From assembly GCA_048882045.1 (NCBI GenBank), contig JBHLRZ010000003.1, positions 32,001 to 96,000 on the forward strand: 64,000 bases of DNA, written 5' to 3'. The stretch's first letter is position 1, and every line of letters starts with the position of its first letter. This stretch comes from Candidatus Thorarchaeota archaeon (GTDB lineage: Archaea; Asgardarchaeota; Thorarchaeia; Thorarchaeales; Thorarchaeaceae). A program made the translations under genes and the position numbers. The notes under the pieces are model-generated. The model ran no database searches. It worked only from the letters and a program-made list of their open reading frames with translations, and had not been told where the DNA came from. Below are positions 49,366 to 57,957 of this stretch, in pieces.

Positions 49366-49659
49366 TATTGATCTCTCCAGTGGGTGTTAACGTCAAGAGG
49401 TCGTTTCCTGGTAGACAATGTATAACTCTGGCTCTAGGGACTTTAACAGTCGCATGTAATCTCAGTGATATATTAGCCTTTTCCGTGACTAGCCTCTCAA
49501 AATGCTGGTTTCTGCTATTTTGTACCATCTGGACCGCTTTTAGGCTTATATGGCACAAATGAAACAGAAGTTGAGGTTGTTTTTAGAAGGTGTGTTTGAG
49601 AATAATTTAAGATAAACACCTTTTTTGGGTGATGAAAACTAGCCAGTATGTGAATCACC

Positions 49660-50400
49660 TTGAAACCAGGACCAGTGGAAGCATTTGCAGTTGAATATAT
49701 CCCATTGGTTCAGGAAGGACACGACATTGCAAGCATGATCCTTGATAGGACGAGTCTATCGGAGGGAGATATCATCGTCGTTGCATCCAAGATTGTATCC
49801 AAGTCTGAAGGAAGAATAGCAAAGGCAAAGGATGTCATTGTATCAGAAAAAGCCCAAGAAATAGCAGACATGAATGGTTTCAACCCTGTACATGTCGAAC
49901 TAGCTCTTCGAGAGGCTGTGGGAATAATTAGAAATCGGGGAGTTCTCATTACTCAAACTAAAACAGGACTGGTCTGTAACTTCAGCGGAGTTGACAAATC
50001 TAATGCGCCAGATGAAGAATATGTATTACTACCCGAAGATCCTGATGCTTCCGCTGCAAGAATCAGAAAAAGAATGGTCGAAATGACTGGATCAAAAATT
50101 GCAGTAATCGTTTCAGATACTCATGGCCGTCCCTGGAGGAGAGGTTCAATCAATATTGCAATCGGGTGTTCAGGAATCAATGCTTTCAAGTTCAACGTCG
50201 GAAAGAGAGACCTTTACGGAAGAATCCTGAAGAGATCAACAGTTTGCCAAATTGATGAGATTGCTGCATATGTGGAACCTCTTATGGGACAGGCCAATGA
50301 AGGAGTTCCAGTTGTGATAGTACGAGGATATGACTATACAACGGGAAATGAAAAAGCATCAGATATCAACAGGTCTAGAGAAGAAGATTTGTTTCGTTGA
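49660..50400 (+). CDS. cofE: Coenzyme F420-0:L-glutamate ligase
   Basis: KIVSKSEGR, GVDKSN, LLPEDPDASA, DTHGRPWRRG and GVPVVIVRG motifs. Confidence 0.93.
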   Translation: MKPGPVEAFAVEYIPLVQEGHDIASMILDRTSLSEGDIIVVASKIVSKSEGRIAKAKDVIVSEKAQEIADMNGFNPVHVELALREAVGIIRNRGVLITQTKTGLVCNFSGVDKSNAPDEEYVLLPEDPDASAARIRKRMVEMTGSKIAVIVSDTHGRPWRRGSINIAIGCSGINAFKFNVGKRDLYGRILKRSTVCQIDEIAAYVEPLMGQANEGVPVVIVRGYDYTTGNEKASDINRSREEDLFR

Positions 50401-50405
50401 TTCTA

Positions 50406-50440
50406 GAAAAGAAGAAGGCGGGCTTCGAACAATGAAGCCC
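50406..50440 (-). terminator. Hairpin plus pyrimidine tract terminator candidate
   Basis: GGGCTTC/GAAGCCC stem followed on the minus strand by CCTTCTTCTTTTC. Confidence 0.5.
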
Positions 50441-50452
50441 AACTAGTTGAGA

Positions 50453-51157
50453 TTATCCTACAGGTTGTCCACAGCCACCACAGAATCGAGCTCCAGCTGG
50501 GTAAGCCTTGCCGCAATTATGACAATAGCCTGCGGCATTCGATGGTCCCCGATCAGAAACGTGAATGGTCATGGAATCACCACCACTTGGTGCTGCCTCG
50601 CCAGAACCACCCTCAATAACCCCGCCACAGTTGGGGCAGGATGGTACGTTTCCAGCATTCGCTCCGCAGTAGGGACATTTTCCCGCCTCTTGAGCGGAAG
50701 TTAGATTGGCAATTACCGAGGGGATGACCTTCTTTTGTTTGAAATCGAATTGCATGTCACCGCCTGACTTTAGTGAAATTATCAGTCTGTTGCCACTCTG
50801 GGTCGCTTGGCTGATTGCGATTACCGGAATAGCAAGGCTCTCGGTGTTGCCTTTATCATCCTTGTTGAAATAAGAATCTCGACTCCAAGACGAGATTGCA
50901 GTACCAACTGCAGCGTAGGTTATTCCTCTAGCAAGACCGCGTGTGATACTTCGACCCAGTCCACCCATCTGTCTTCCTGCACCTTCGAGTAATGCAGCTC
51001 CTGCAACTGCTCCTGCGATGGCCCCCCACTTCTTTGCACCACCCCATTTGCTTGGATTCTTGTACCAGACAATTCGAACATCCGTTACTTCTACTGATCC
51101 ATCTTCACCGTCAAACTTGACATCCTTCTCCCTCACCATTTTCCTCTCATGCTTCAT
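50453..51157 (-). CDS. PH-like domain protein with a Gly-rich insertion and two zinc ribbons
   Basis: GSVEVTDVRIVW and LAIPVIAIS (PH-like strands), CPYCG..CPNCG and CHNCG..FCGGCG. Confidence 0.6.
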   Translation of the reverse strand: MKHERKMVREKDVKFDGEDGSVEVTDVRIVWYKNPSKWGGAKKWGAIAGAVAGAALLEGAGRQMGGLGRSITRGLARGITYAAVGTAISSWSRDSYFNKDDKGNTESLAIPVIAISQATQSGNRLIISLKSGGDMQFDFKQKKVIPSVIANLTSAQEAGKCPYCGANAGNVPSCPNCGGVIEGGSGEAAPSGGDSMTIHVSDRGPSNAAGYCHNCGKAYPAGARFCGGCGQPVG

Positions 51158-51311
51158 AGTGTCTAATCCAGAACCAGAATAGGAAACGGTAAGAAACTGT
51201 GGTCTATCACTCAATTGTAAGCACCGAAGCTCAATCAACGAAAGTGAGTATTAACTTTGTGCTGGCAGACAAAATGGAGAATGGCTGTCCCAAGGTACAG
51301 CCATCACTAGA

Positions 51312-52793
51312 TTACTCTTCAATAGCTACCTCTTCAGCAATCTCAGGAGATGCTTGTGATGCAGCTCCATTGCCCCAGGTTTCCTCTTCAAGGACAGGAC
51401 GCTCTTGGTGGAGACCGTTCCTTATCAGAAAAACTCCACCCAATGATACTAGACCACATAGGGCAAGGGTCAGGGGAAAGCCGATGACAGGGATAGCTAC
51501 AATCCAACCGAATAGTGCAATCTGAGGAATTGCGAACAAGGTGGCAATTGTTGGAGATAGTGAATACATCGAATTCCTGATACGATTCGGAATGACATCG
51601 AGTAACACACGCTGCGTCAAAATCTCTGCGAACCCTCCAAAGAAACTCGTTGCCACAAAGGTGGAGAAGATGATAATTATCGGGAGTAAGTTCTCAATAG
51701 GTAGTGTCAGAATAGCAATTTCTGTGAAGGGCCAATAGACCACAAGGGTGTTTCCATCAGGGGGTGCCGGTGGAAGAATCCACATTATCAGTGCAAAGAC
51801 CCAGAAGAACACAAATCCACAGGTCTGAAGCAAGCGAAACCGTGGAATCCACTTCTTTGGCTCAAATCGACGACTCCACACTCCAGATCGTTCCTGTGCT
51901 ATAACTCCGGGCAGAAATAGTGTTGTTCTGAAACTTGCTACTGCAACATCTGTTATTAGGTAGAGGAAATACATTGGGAACAGAATTAGATTGCCCCAGA
52001 CCAAGATGCTGCTTGTGGCGAGCATTCCACCGACAACGATATTCCTTACAAATCTGTGCTTGAATAGGAAACTCACTCCACCCTTCAATATGGATACGTA
52101 CTCACTCATCTCAGGACGCCCGGTACGCTGCTCCTCGACTTCTGGAAAGTCCCTGACTAACCTGAATACGAGTATTGCAAGAAACAGTGCGAGAATGGCC
52201 TGCAATTGAAACACCCATGGTCTTGAGAATACCACTGCTAAGATCCCGCCAGGAATCAGACTGGCTGTCGCAAAGATCTGCATCATCATTCCCATTCGAC
52301 CCCAGAAGACACCATACTGCTTGCGGTCAGTGTCGCCCGGCATAGCAACGCGATAATTGTTGTCGAACCATGCTCCCCAGGCTCCACTCTGCTGAGACTG
52401 CGCAAAGCCCTGAATGGCATAGACAGCCATGAGATAGAAGAATGGAGTTTCTGTTGTGACAAAAGAAACCATGAAGAAAGAAATGGCATAGGAAACAGAG
52501 GCAGATGCCACGATGTATCTCTGTCCAATCCAATCACCGACTGCCCCTGTCGGATAGTCCAAAAGAATCTGGACCACCATCTGGACCACGACAAGGGTGC
52601 CTACAAGACCCATCCCTTGAAGGTACATTCCTGGTCCACCTCCCAATGCCTCAGCAACAAAGATGACATAGAAAGTGGTCGATAGCACAAAGGTAACATT
52701 AGCCAGCGGTCCGAGCATCGCCATTATAGTTGCCAGACGGAGAACCTTTTCATTGGCGTCTGGCAGACCAAGAAAGGCTTTCATTCTACTCAT
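51312..52793 (-). CDS. MFS transporter (exporter-like)
   Basis: DYPTGAVGDWIGQR (motif A) and IPNRIRNSMYSL; about 12 TM helices. Confidence 0.85.
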   Translation of the reverse strand: MSRMKAFLGLPDANEKVLRLATIMAMLGPLANVTFVLSTTFYVIFVAEALGGGPGMYLQGMGLVGTLVVVQMVVQILLDYPTGAVGDWIGQRYIVASASVSYAISFFMVSFVTTETPFFYLMAVYAIQGFAQSQQSGAWGAWFDNNYRVAMPGDTDRKQYGVFWGRMGMMMQIFATASLIPGGILAVVFSRPWVFQLQAILALFLAILVFRLVRDFPEVEEQRTGRPEMSEYVSILKGGVSFLFKHRFVRNIVVGGMLATSSILVWGNLILFPMYFLYLITDVAVASFRTTLFLPGVIAQERSGVWSRRFEPKKWIPRFRLLQTCGFVFFWVFALIMWILPPAPPDGNTLVVYWPFTEIAILTLPIENLLPIIIIFSTFVATSFFGGFAEILTQRVLLDVIPNRIRNSMYSLSPTIATLFAIPQIALFGWIVAIPVIGFPLTLALCGLVSLGGVFLIRNGLHQERPVLEEETWGNGAASQASPEIAEEVAIEE

Positions 52794-52841
52794 TTGCGTT
52801 TCCTCACTTTATTGGGGCGTGAAGCGTTTTGGGAATTGATT

Positions 52842-52877
52842 GCAGTGACCCCCGGATCACACATCGAGGGCCACTGC
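52842..52877 (-). promoter_or_regulatory. Strong hairpin in the MFS 5' leader
   Basis: Minus-strand GCAGUGGCCCUCGAU pairs with AUCCGGGGGUCACUGC (about 15 bp, two G-U pairs, one bulge). Confidence 0.55.
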
Positions 52878-52926
52878 GGAGATAGGAGATTTGTCCGGTT
52901 AACTTTGATATGAAAGCATCAATGTT

Positions 52927-53046
52927 CTATCGTGGCAATGTGGTCCCTGCGTTGCAGAGCGCTCCGAATGACTGGACCATTACAGACCTGTTCTCAACTG
53001 TCAAGCAGGGCTTGTTCGTTGCAGGTGTTGATAAAGCAGTCATCAT
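52927..53046 (-). CDS. Small peptide P3 / possible leader uORF, 39 aa: MMTALSTPATNKPCLTVENRSVMVQSFGALCNAGTTLPR
   Basis: Preceded by GGTGAAACA-ATG and a TTTATA box about 65 nt upstream; start context shared with P1 and P2. Confidence 0.5.
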   Translation of the reverse strand: MMTALSTPATNKPCLTVENRSVMVQSFGALCNAGTTLPR

Positions 53047-53199
53047 TGTTTCACCACACTTCCATTTTTTGGTTTGTAGAACACACCATTATATCATTTT
53101 GGTTTCATATAAACATTTACAACAGCGTAATAATTTGTCGAATGTACTATTTTGCTTGTAATTCGGACCAATTACATTGCCCAAGTACATTGAACAAGA

Positions 53200-53304
53200 T
53201 TACCTCCTGTAGATGTATGCATGAGTCAGCGCATCTGTACGCGGGAAGTCGTGGATACGCTTGATTCTTAGAGCAGACCAGTTGTTGTTCTTTGATAGAG
53301 CCAT
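53200..53304 (-). CDS. Small basic peptide P2, 34 aa: MALSKNNNWSALRIKRIHDFPRTDALTHAYIYRR
   Basis: Hand-translated; paralogous to P1; start context TTGTGAAACATT-ATG. Confidence 0.7.
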   Translation of the reverse strand: MALSKNNNWSALRIKRIHDFPRTDALTHAYIYRR

Positions 53305-53454
53305 AATGTTTCACAACCTTCTATAGGTTGGTCACATGATATGCTGTTTCTGAGACAAACTGACCATTTCTGTGACCACTTGGTGACCAGTCCTCGATCA
53401 CTCCAGGAGTGGCAGAGAGCCAGTTTATCAGTCGTTCAGTCTTATGCATTCTAT

Positions 53455-53556
53455 TCACCTACGGTACTGATAGGCATATGTGAGGGCTTCAGTCGAGACC
53501 TTAACCTTCTCGTTCTTCAGTACAGATGTGTTTCGTGAGTTCTTACTTAGAGCCAT
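53455..53556 (-). CDS. Small basic peptide P1, 33 aa: MALSKNSRNTSVLKNEKVKVSTEALTYAYQYRR
   Basis: Hand-translated; paralogous to P2; start context TTGTGAAACATC-ATG with a TATATA box near 53590. Confidence 0.7.
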   Translation of the reverse strand: MALSKNSRNTSVLKNEKVKVSTEALTYAYQYRR

Positions 53557-53706
53557 GATGTTTCACAAGAAATACTGTCCATTTTTACTATATATAGCGG
53601 AGCCACTTGTCAGGGTCACAGAAGGGAGTCACATATTGTTACTACTCCATGTCGACATAGACAAGCATATCAAGGGTAGGCAGGGTGCCAAAAAGCGTGA
53701 TTAGAC

Positions 53707-54333
53707 ATGTCTGATGGCGATTCCACTCAGCAACTGATAGAACACTTTTCAGCTTTTACAGAGCAGGAACTAGTGAGGAAGTTTGGTGAGAGAGGGATGC
53801 CCATGTTCAGGCTGTTTCAACGACAGTTCAAGATTCACTACAACAACTATGAGCATATGCTACCAAACCAACTAGCAAAGAAACACGGGATGAACTCGTT
53901 GTTTGTTATGGCCATGGACGATGTCATGTGTGAGGTAAGGGCCTCCTTCTCAGAGCTCAAGGAAACAGTCGTATCGATCTATATAGCAATGATGAGGGAC
54001 TATTTCTCAACAGAATCGGAAAAACTCAAACAGAGTGAGGACCCGTGGACGGCTTTCGTTGACTGGGCTCGGAAAGGAAACGAAGCCAACTACATTAATG
54101 ACTACTTTCAACTCAAGGAAGTAGACCAAGAAACTGGATGTTATGGATTTGACATTAACAGATGTCTATATTTTGACATTCTGAAGGAGGCTGGGAAACC
54201 TGAGTTAGGACCTATCCTCTGTGAATACGATCAAATCTTCATGGACTACGTAGGGGACTGGATTAATTTTACTCGTCGTGAAACCATCGCCACAGGTGAC
54301 TCTCGGTGCAATTTTAGGTATTGTAAGGTTTAG
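53707..54333 (+). CDS. L-2-amino-thiazoline-4-carboxylic acid hydrolase-like (V4R-fold) protein
   Basis: FDINRCLY...PELGPILCEYD...FTRRETIATGDSRCNFRY. Confidence 0.8.
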   Translation: MSDGDSTQQLIEHFSAFTEQELVRKFGERGMPMFRLFQRQFKIHYNNYEHMLPNQLAKKHGMNSLFVMAMDDVMCEVRASFSELKETVVSIYIAMMRDYFSTESEKLKQSEDPWTAFVDWARKGNEANYINDYFQLKEVDQETGCYGFDINRCLYFDILKEAGKPELGPILCEYDQIFMDYVGDWINFTRRETIATGDSRCNFRYCKV

Positions 54334-54340
54334 AGACCAA

Positions 54341-55996
54341 TTACCTTCTTCGTTTCAACATAAAGGCTGCGAGTACCACAAACAATATTGTGACAGGTAT
54401 TCCAACCACGATCAATGTTGGGTCGAAAGTTGCTGAAGTTGTGGGAGTAGGGGGAGGACCAGTACCTGACAATGTCTGTACGAAGACATTCATCTCTGCT
54501 GTATCCATGGTTGCTCGATACCCTGCATCTACCAGGACTTGTCTAGACCTATTCAGATAGTTATGGAATGATTCATCCATTGGAGTTGCTCCAAAGAACT
54601 GGTCACTCAATGGAGCATAATCAGGATCTAGCGAGGAACACTCATCGTATCCTAAATATTCTGCAGTCGGAACGAGGATGTTCTTTGATGCCCAATAGTC
54701 CAAAGCTACTGGATCTTGACTCATTCCTATTATGTCTGTAAAACTTGCTGTGGTGTAGTAAGACCAAGGACCGCGTGTTGATGAGCTTTCCAGCGGATTA
54801 GCATTGACCCAAATCATGTCAAGGATGTTGACTATGGGCATTCGCGTTTCGACCATGAGAGTTGCCATACCTCCCAAGGCAATGGAGAAGTGTTCGTGAG
54901 GAATAAAACGATCGACAGACGGGACAATGTAGCCCTGCGGCACACCCATGTAATGTTTGATGCAGCCTGATACACCATAGCGGAAATGGGTCTTTAGCAC
55001 AGGCATGTTGATGACTTTGAGTCGGTTGGAATCAAATCCTGATTCATTAGTCCAGATTCCGTTCTTGAAGCTCACATAGAGACCTGAATCGGTCACGAAT
55101 TTGGCGTAGGAAGGATAGATCTCTGTGTCACTGTCCCACACACTGCTTCTTACATATCCTTCATTGAAATCGCCTGAATCATAGTCTTCGACAGTAGAGG
55201 AACGATAGTCGTCCCAGAGGATAGTTGACACTGTATGACCTGGGAACATCTGAGCGACATCCTCCATTGCTTGACTGGTATTGAATGCATTTGACTCGGA
55301 TCTATCCAGGCTCCCTAGATCCTGTCCATTGTCTGCAATTATTATCTCGCCAGTGAACCCTTCGGGATGGGATGTTATGATTTCTATGACCGCTTTTAAT
55401 AGGTCAGTATTTGTGCCACCCCTGTAAGCCCATTGACCATTGACTTTGAGAAGAACTACATCATCAGCCTCTATAAGACCATCAGGAGTCGATGTAGTAT
55501 TGTAGAAATACAACTCTTCACTTTCCATCATATCGAGGAGTGTGGAGATAGCAAGAGAAACATTACCTTCTGCTCCAGTGACATTCTGAACCAGGAAGAT
55601 GTCTGATGCTTCTTCGCTTGTTGCAACATTCTCTTCCAAATCAATGGGGATCCAGTCATAGTCTACATTGTCTTGTGCTAGTGTGAAACCGAGTGCCTGC
55701 ATTCCTGTGTCGCTAGTGACGAAAACAGAACCCACGAAAAGAACTGCAAGGATGCCTACCGGTTTTAATGGACTTAATGTTGAACGTATAGAGGCGAGGG
55801 AAGGAACTGACGCTAGAAATGCAATTTTAAAGACCTCAATATTGGTCAAAGCGGCCTGCTGACAAGGATAGTAGATCCTCGATGGTTTCTTACCAGTTCG
55901 GAAGAGGAACCAGATTGCACTTCCAATAGCCAAAAGACCAAGCACCCAGAGTCGTCTCTTTGATTTGCAAGATTTTGTGGATCCATTATGAGGCAT
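54341..55996 (-). CDS. DUF362 family protein, membrane-anchored at both ends
   Basis: VLLKVN, INMPVLKTH, GCIKHYMG and SQDPVALD motifs; N-terminal TMs and a C-terminal TM followed by KRRR. Confidence 0.75.
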   Translation of the reverse strand: MPHNGSTKSCKSKRRLWVLGLLAIGSAIWFLFRTGKKPSRIYYPCQQAALTNIEVFKIAFLASVPSLASIRSTLSPLKPVGILAVLFVGSVFVTSDTGMQALGFTLAQDNVDYDWIPIDLEENVATSEEASDIFLVQNVTGAEGNVSLAISTLLDMMESEELYFYNTTSTPDGLIEADDVVLLKVNGQWAYRGGTNTDLLKAVIEIITSHPEGFTGEIIIADNGQDLGSLDRSESNAFNTSQAMEDVAQMFPGHTVSTILWDDYRSSTVEDYDSGDFNEGYVRSSVWDSDTEIYPSYAKFVTDSGLYVSFKNGIWTNESGFDSNRLKVINMPVLKTHFRYGVSGCIKHYMGVPQGYIVPSVDRFIPHEHFSIALGGMATLMVETRMPIVNILDMIWVNANPLESSSTRGPWSYYTTASFTDIIGMSQDPVALDYWASKNILVPTAEYLGYDECSSLDPDYAPLSDQFFGATPMDESFHNYLNRSRQVLVDAGYRATMDTAEMNVFVQTLSGTGPPPTPTTSATFDPTLIVVGIPVTILFVVLAAFMLKRRR

Positions 55997-56129
55997 TGAT
56001 TTGCAACTCCACAGCGCGCCAGAAGTACAAAATGTAACTAATAATAATGATGCTCTCAGCACAAGATTGGACAGTCAGACATATTTAGTAGCTAACAAGA
56101 GCCCAGGGTAGATTAAATCAAATCAGAGG

Positions 56130-57020
56130 ATGTATACAATGGAGATCAAGAAAATTGCAGTATTAGGTGCAGGTCTCATGGGAAATGGGATCGCCCATGT
56201 CTGTGCACAAGCTGGATATGACGTGATGATGCGTGACATTGACCAGAAGTTCATTGACAACGGGATGGCAACCATCAAGAAGAACCTTGAACGCAGCGTC
56301 AAGAAAGAGAGGATAAATCAGGATGAAATGGACGCTATTGTTGGCCGAATCACCGGTGTCCTTGACCTGAAGGAAGCTGTAAAGGATGCCGACCTTGTCA
56401 TCGAAGCTATCCCAGAGATTGTTTCGCTCAAACTGGATACTTGGAAAGAGGTTGACAATTTGGCTCCTGAACACACAATCCTGGCATCAAACACCTCAAG
56501 CATCAGCATAACTCAGATGGCGGCTGTGACCAAAAGACCAGAGAAGTTCATAGGTATGCACTTCTTCAACCCAGTGCCAGTGATGGGTCTGGTTGAGATT
56601 ATCAGAGGGCAAGCCACTGATGAAGAAACAGTTAAAGTCATTGTGGAAGTATCGAATAAAGTTGGAAAGGAAACTGTGCTGGTAAATGAGGCTCCAGGTT
56701 TTGCTGTGAATCGCATTCTTGTTCCAGCCTTGCTAGAGGCCGTGTTCGCAATTCAGGAAGGAGTGGCTACAGTGGAGGATATGGATACGTCGATTCGACT
56801 CGGATTGAATTGGCCAATGGGTCCTCTGACACTCCTAGATTTCGTGGGGCTTGATACAGCTCTACACATATCGGATTATTTCGTTGATGAGTTCAAAGAC
56901 AGCAAGTATAGAGCACCTACGCTGCTGAGGAAGATGGTTCGTGCAGGTTGGCTTGGAAGAAAATCTGGTATGGGATTCTACGACTACTCAGGTGAGAAAC
57001 CAAAACCAAACAGGTTCTGA
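56130..57020 (+). CDS. hbd: 3-hydroxybutyryl/3-hydroxyacyl-CoA dehydrogenase
   Basis: GAGLMGNGIA, ASNTSS, GMHFFNP, PMGPL and LGRKSGMGFY motifs. Confidence 0.95.
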   Translation: MYTMEIKKIAVLGAGLMGNGIAHVCAQAGYDVMMRDIDQKFIDNGMATIKKNLERSVKKERINQDEMDAIVGRITGVLDLKEAVKDADLVIEAIPEIVSLKLDTWKEVDNLAPEHTILASNTSSISITQMAAVTKRPEKFIGMHFFNPVPVMGLVEIIRGQATDEETVKVIVEVSNKVGKETVLVNEAPGFAVNRILVPALLEAVFAIQEGVATVEDMDTSIRLGLNWPMGPLTLLDFVGLDTALHISDYFVDEFKDSKYRAPTLLRKMVRAGWLGRKSGMGFYDYSGEKPKPNRF

Positions 57021-57105
57021 TTCTAATGTATGACTGGCCTAAACAGGTCAGGCATCCACATGTTTTCACACGAAGATAAATAGCGGTAGGGTATGAAGCC
57101 ATGTT

Positions 57106-57957
57106 GTGGTCCTGTTGAAGTATGAAGAAAGTAAGTACATAGGTTTTGATGGTACGCGGATGTTCATGGCTGTCTATCGTCCTGATGATGACAAACCACG
57201 GGCACTCATGATCCTACTTCATGGACTTGGTAGTCACGCTGGAGATTTCGCAGAAATGGGAGAATTCCTAGCAGAGAGAGGAATTGCAGCATTCATTCCG
57301 GATCAACGGGGATTCGGACATTATTCCGGATTGAAAGGACATGTGATGAGTTTTGACGAATACATTGAAGACATTGAAAATCTTGTGATGCAGGTCAAGG
57401 ACCGATATCTGAACAAGATAACCTACCTGTTTGGATCGTCAATGGGTGCGATCAACGCGATTCGATATGTTATCAGATATCCTAGGACAGTAGATGGTCT
57501 GTTGCTCCAATGTCCAGGTGTCAGTCATAAGCAACAAGTCAGAATTGGCTTACTCACAGCTGCGAGATTCCTATCAATCTTGAATGTGAAGCGATACTTC
57601 GAGCTGAACCCAGACTATTCTGAAATGAGTCGCAATCCAGAAGCAATAGAACGTCATGAAAAGGACCCACTGAGATTTGAGAGAGTAACAGCTCGGTTTA
57701 GCAGCGAAGTGCTCTCAGCCTCAAAGGACGCTTTTTACTCTGCTTCACGAATTATACTTCCAGTACTCATACAACAGTCTGGTGAGGACAAAGCTGTGAG
57801 TTCAGAGAAGAACAAGGAGTTCTTTGAGAACATAGCATCAGCTGACAAAACTTGGAAACTCTATGATGGACTCTATCATGAGATTCACGAGGAACCAGAG
57901 AGAGAACGTGTCCTTTCAGACCTCTATGATTGGGTCAATAAACGACTTCCTTCCTAG
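57106..57957 (+). CDS. Lysophospholipase/monoacylglycerol lipase (alpha/beta hydrolase)
   Basis: HGLGSH, DQRGFG, GSSMG nucleophile elbow and YHEIHEE. Confidence 0.9.
   Translation: MVLLKYEESKYIGFDGTRMFMAVYRPDDDKPRALMILLHGLGSHAGDFAEMGEFLAERGIAAFIPDQRGFGHYSGLKGHVMSFDEYIEDIENLVMQVKDRYLNKITYLFGSSMGAINAIRYVIRYPRTVDGLLLQCPGVSHKQQVRIGLLTAARFLSILNVKRYFELNPDYSEMSRNPEAIERHEKDPLRFERVTARFSSEVLSASKDAFYSASRIILPVLIQQSGEDKAVSSEKNKEFFENIASADKTWKLYDGLYHEIHEEPERERVLSDLYDWVNKRLPS

Noticed and set aside
53455-53457. Selenocysteine or pyrrolysine read-through (e.g. the P1 TGA)
   Set aside because: Paralogue P2 ends with TAA at the same position, and I noticed no gene in the window interrupted by an in-frame TGA or TAG.
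53296-53568. 21-nt near-direct repeat TAGAGCCAT(A/G)ATGTTTCACAA as a CRISPR or IS end
   Set aside because: Only two copies about 250 nt apart; explained as the duplicated RBS and start of P1 and P2.
52910-53704. Plus-strand track ORFs 52910..53161, 52932..53264, 53341..53538 and 53480..53704
   Set aside because: No motifs; they are antisense to the paralogous minus-strand peptides, which have shared start contexts.
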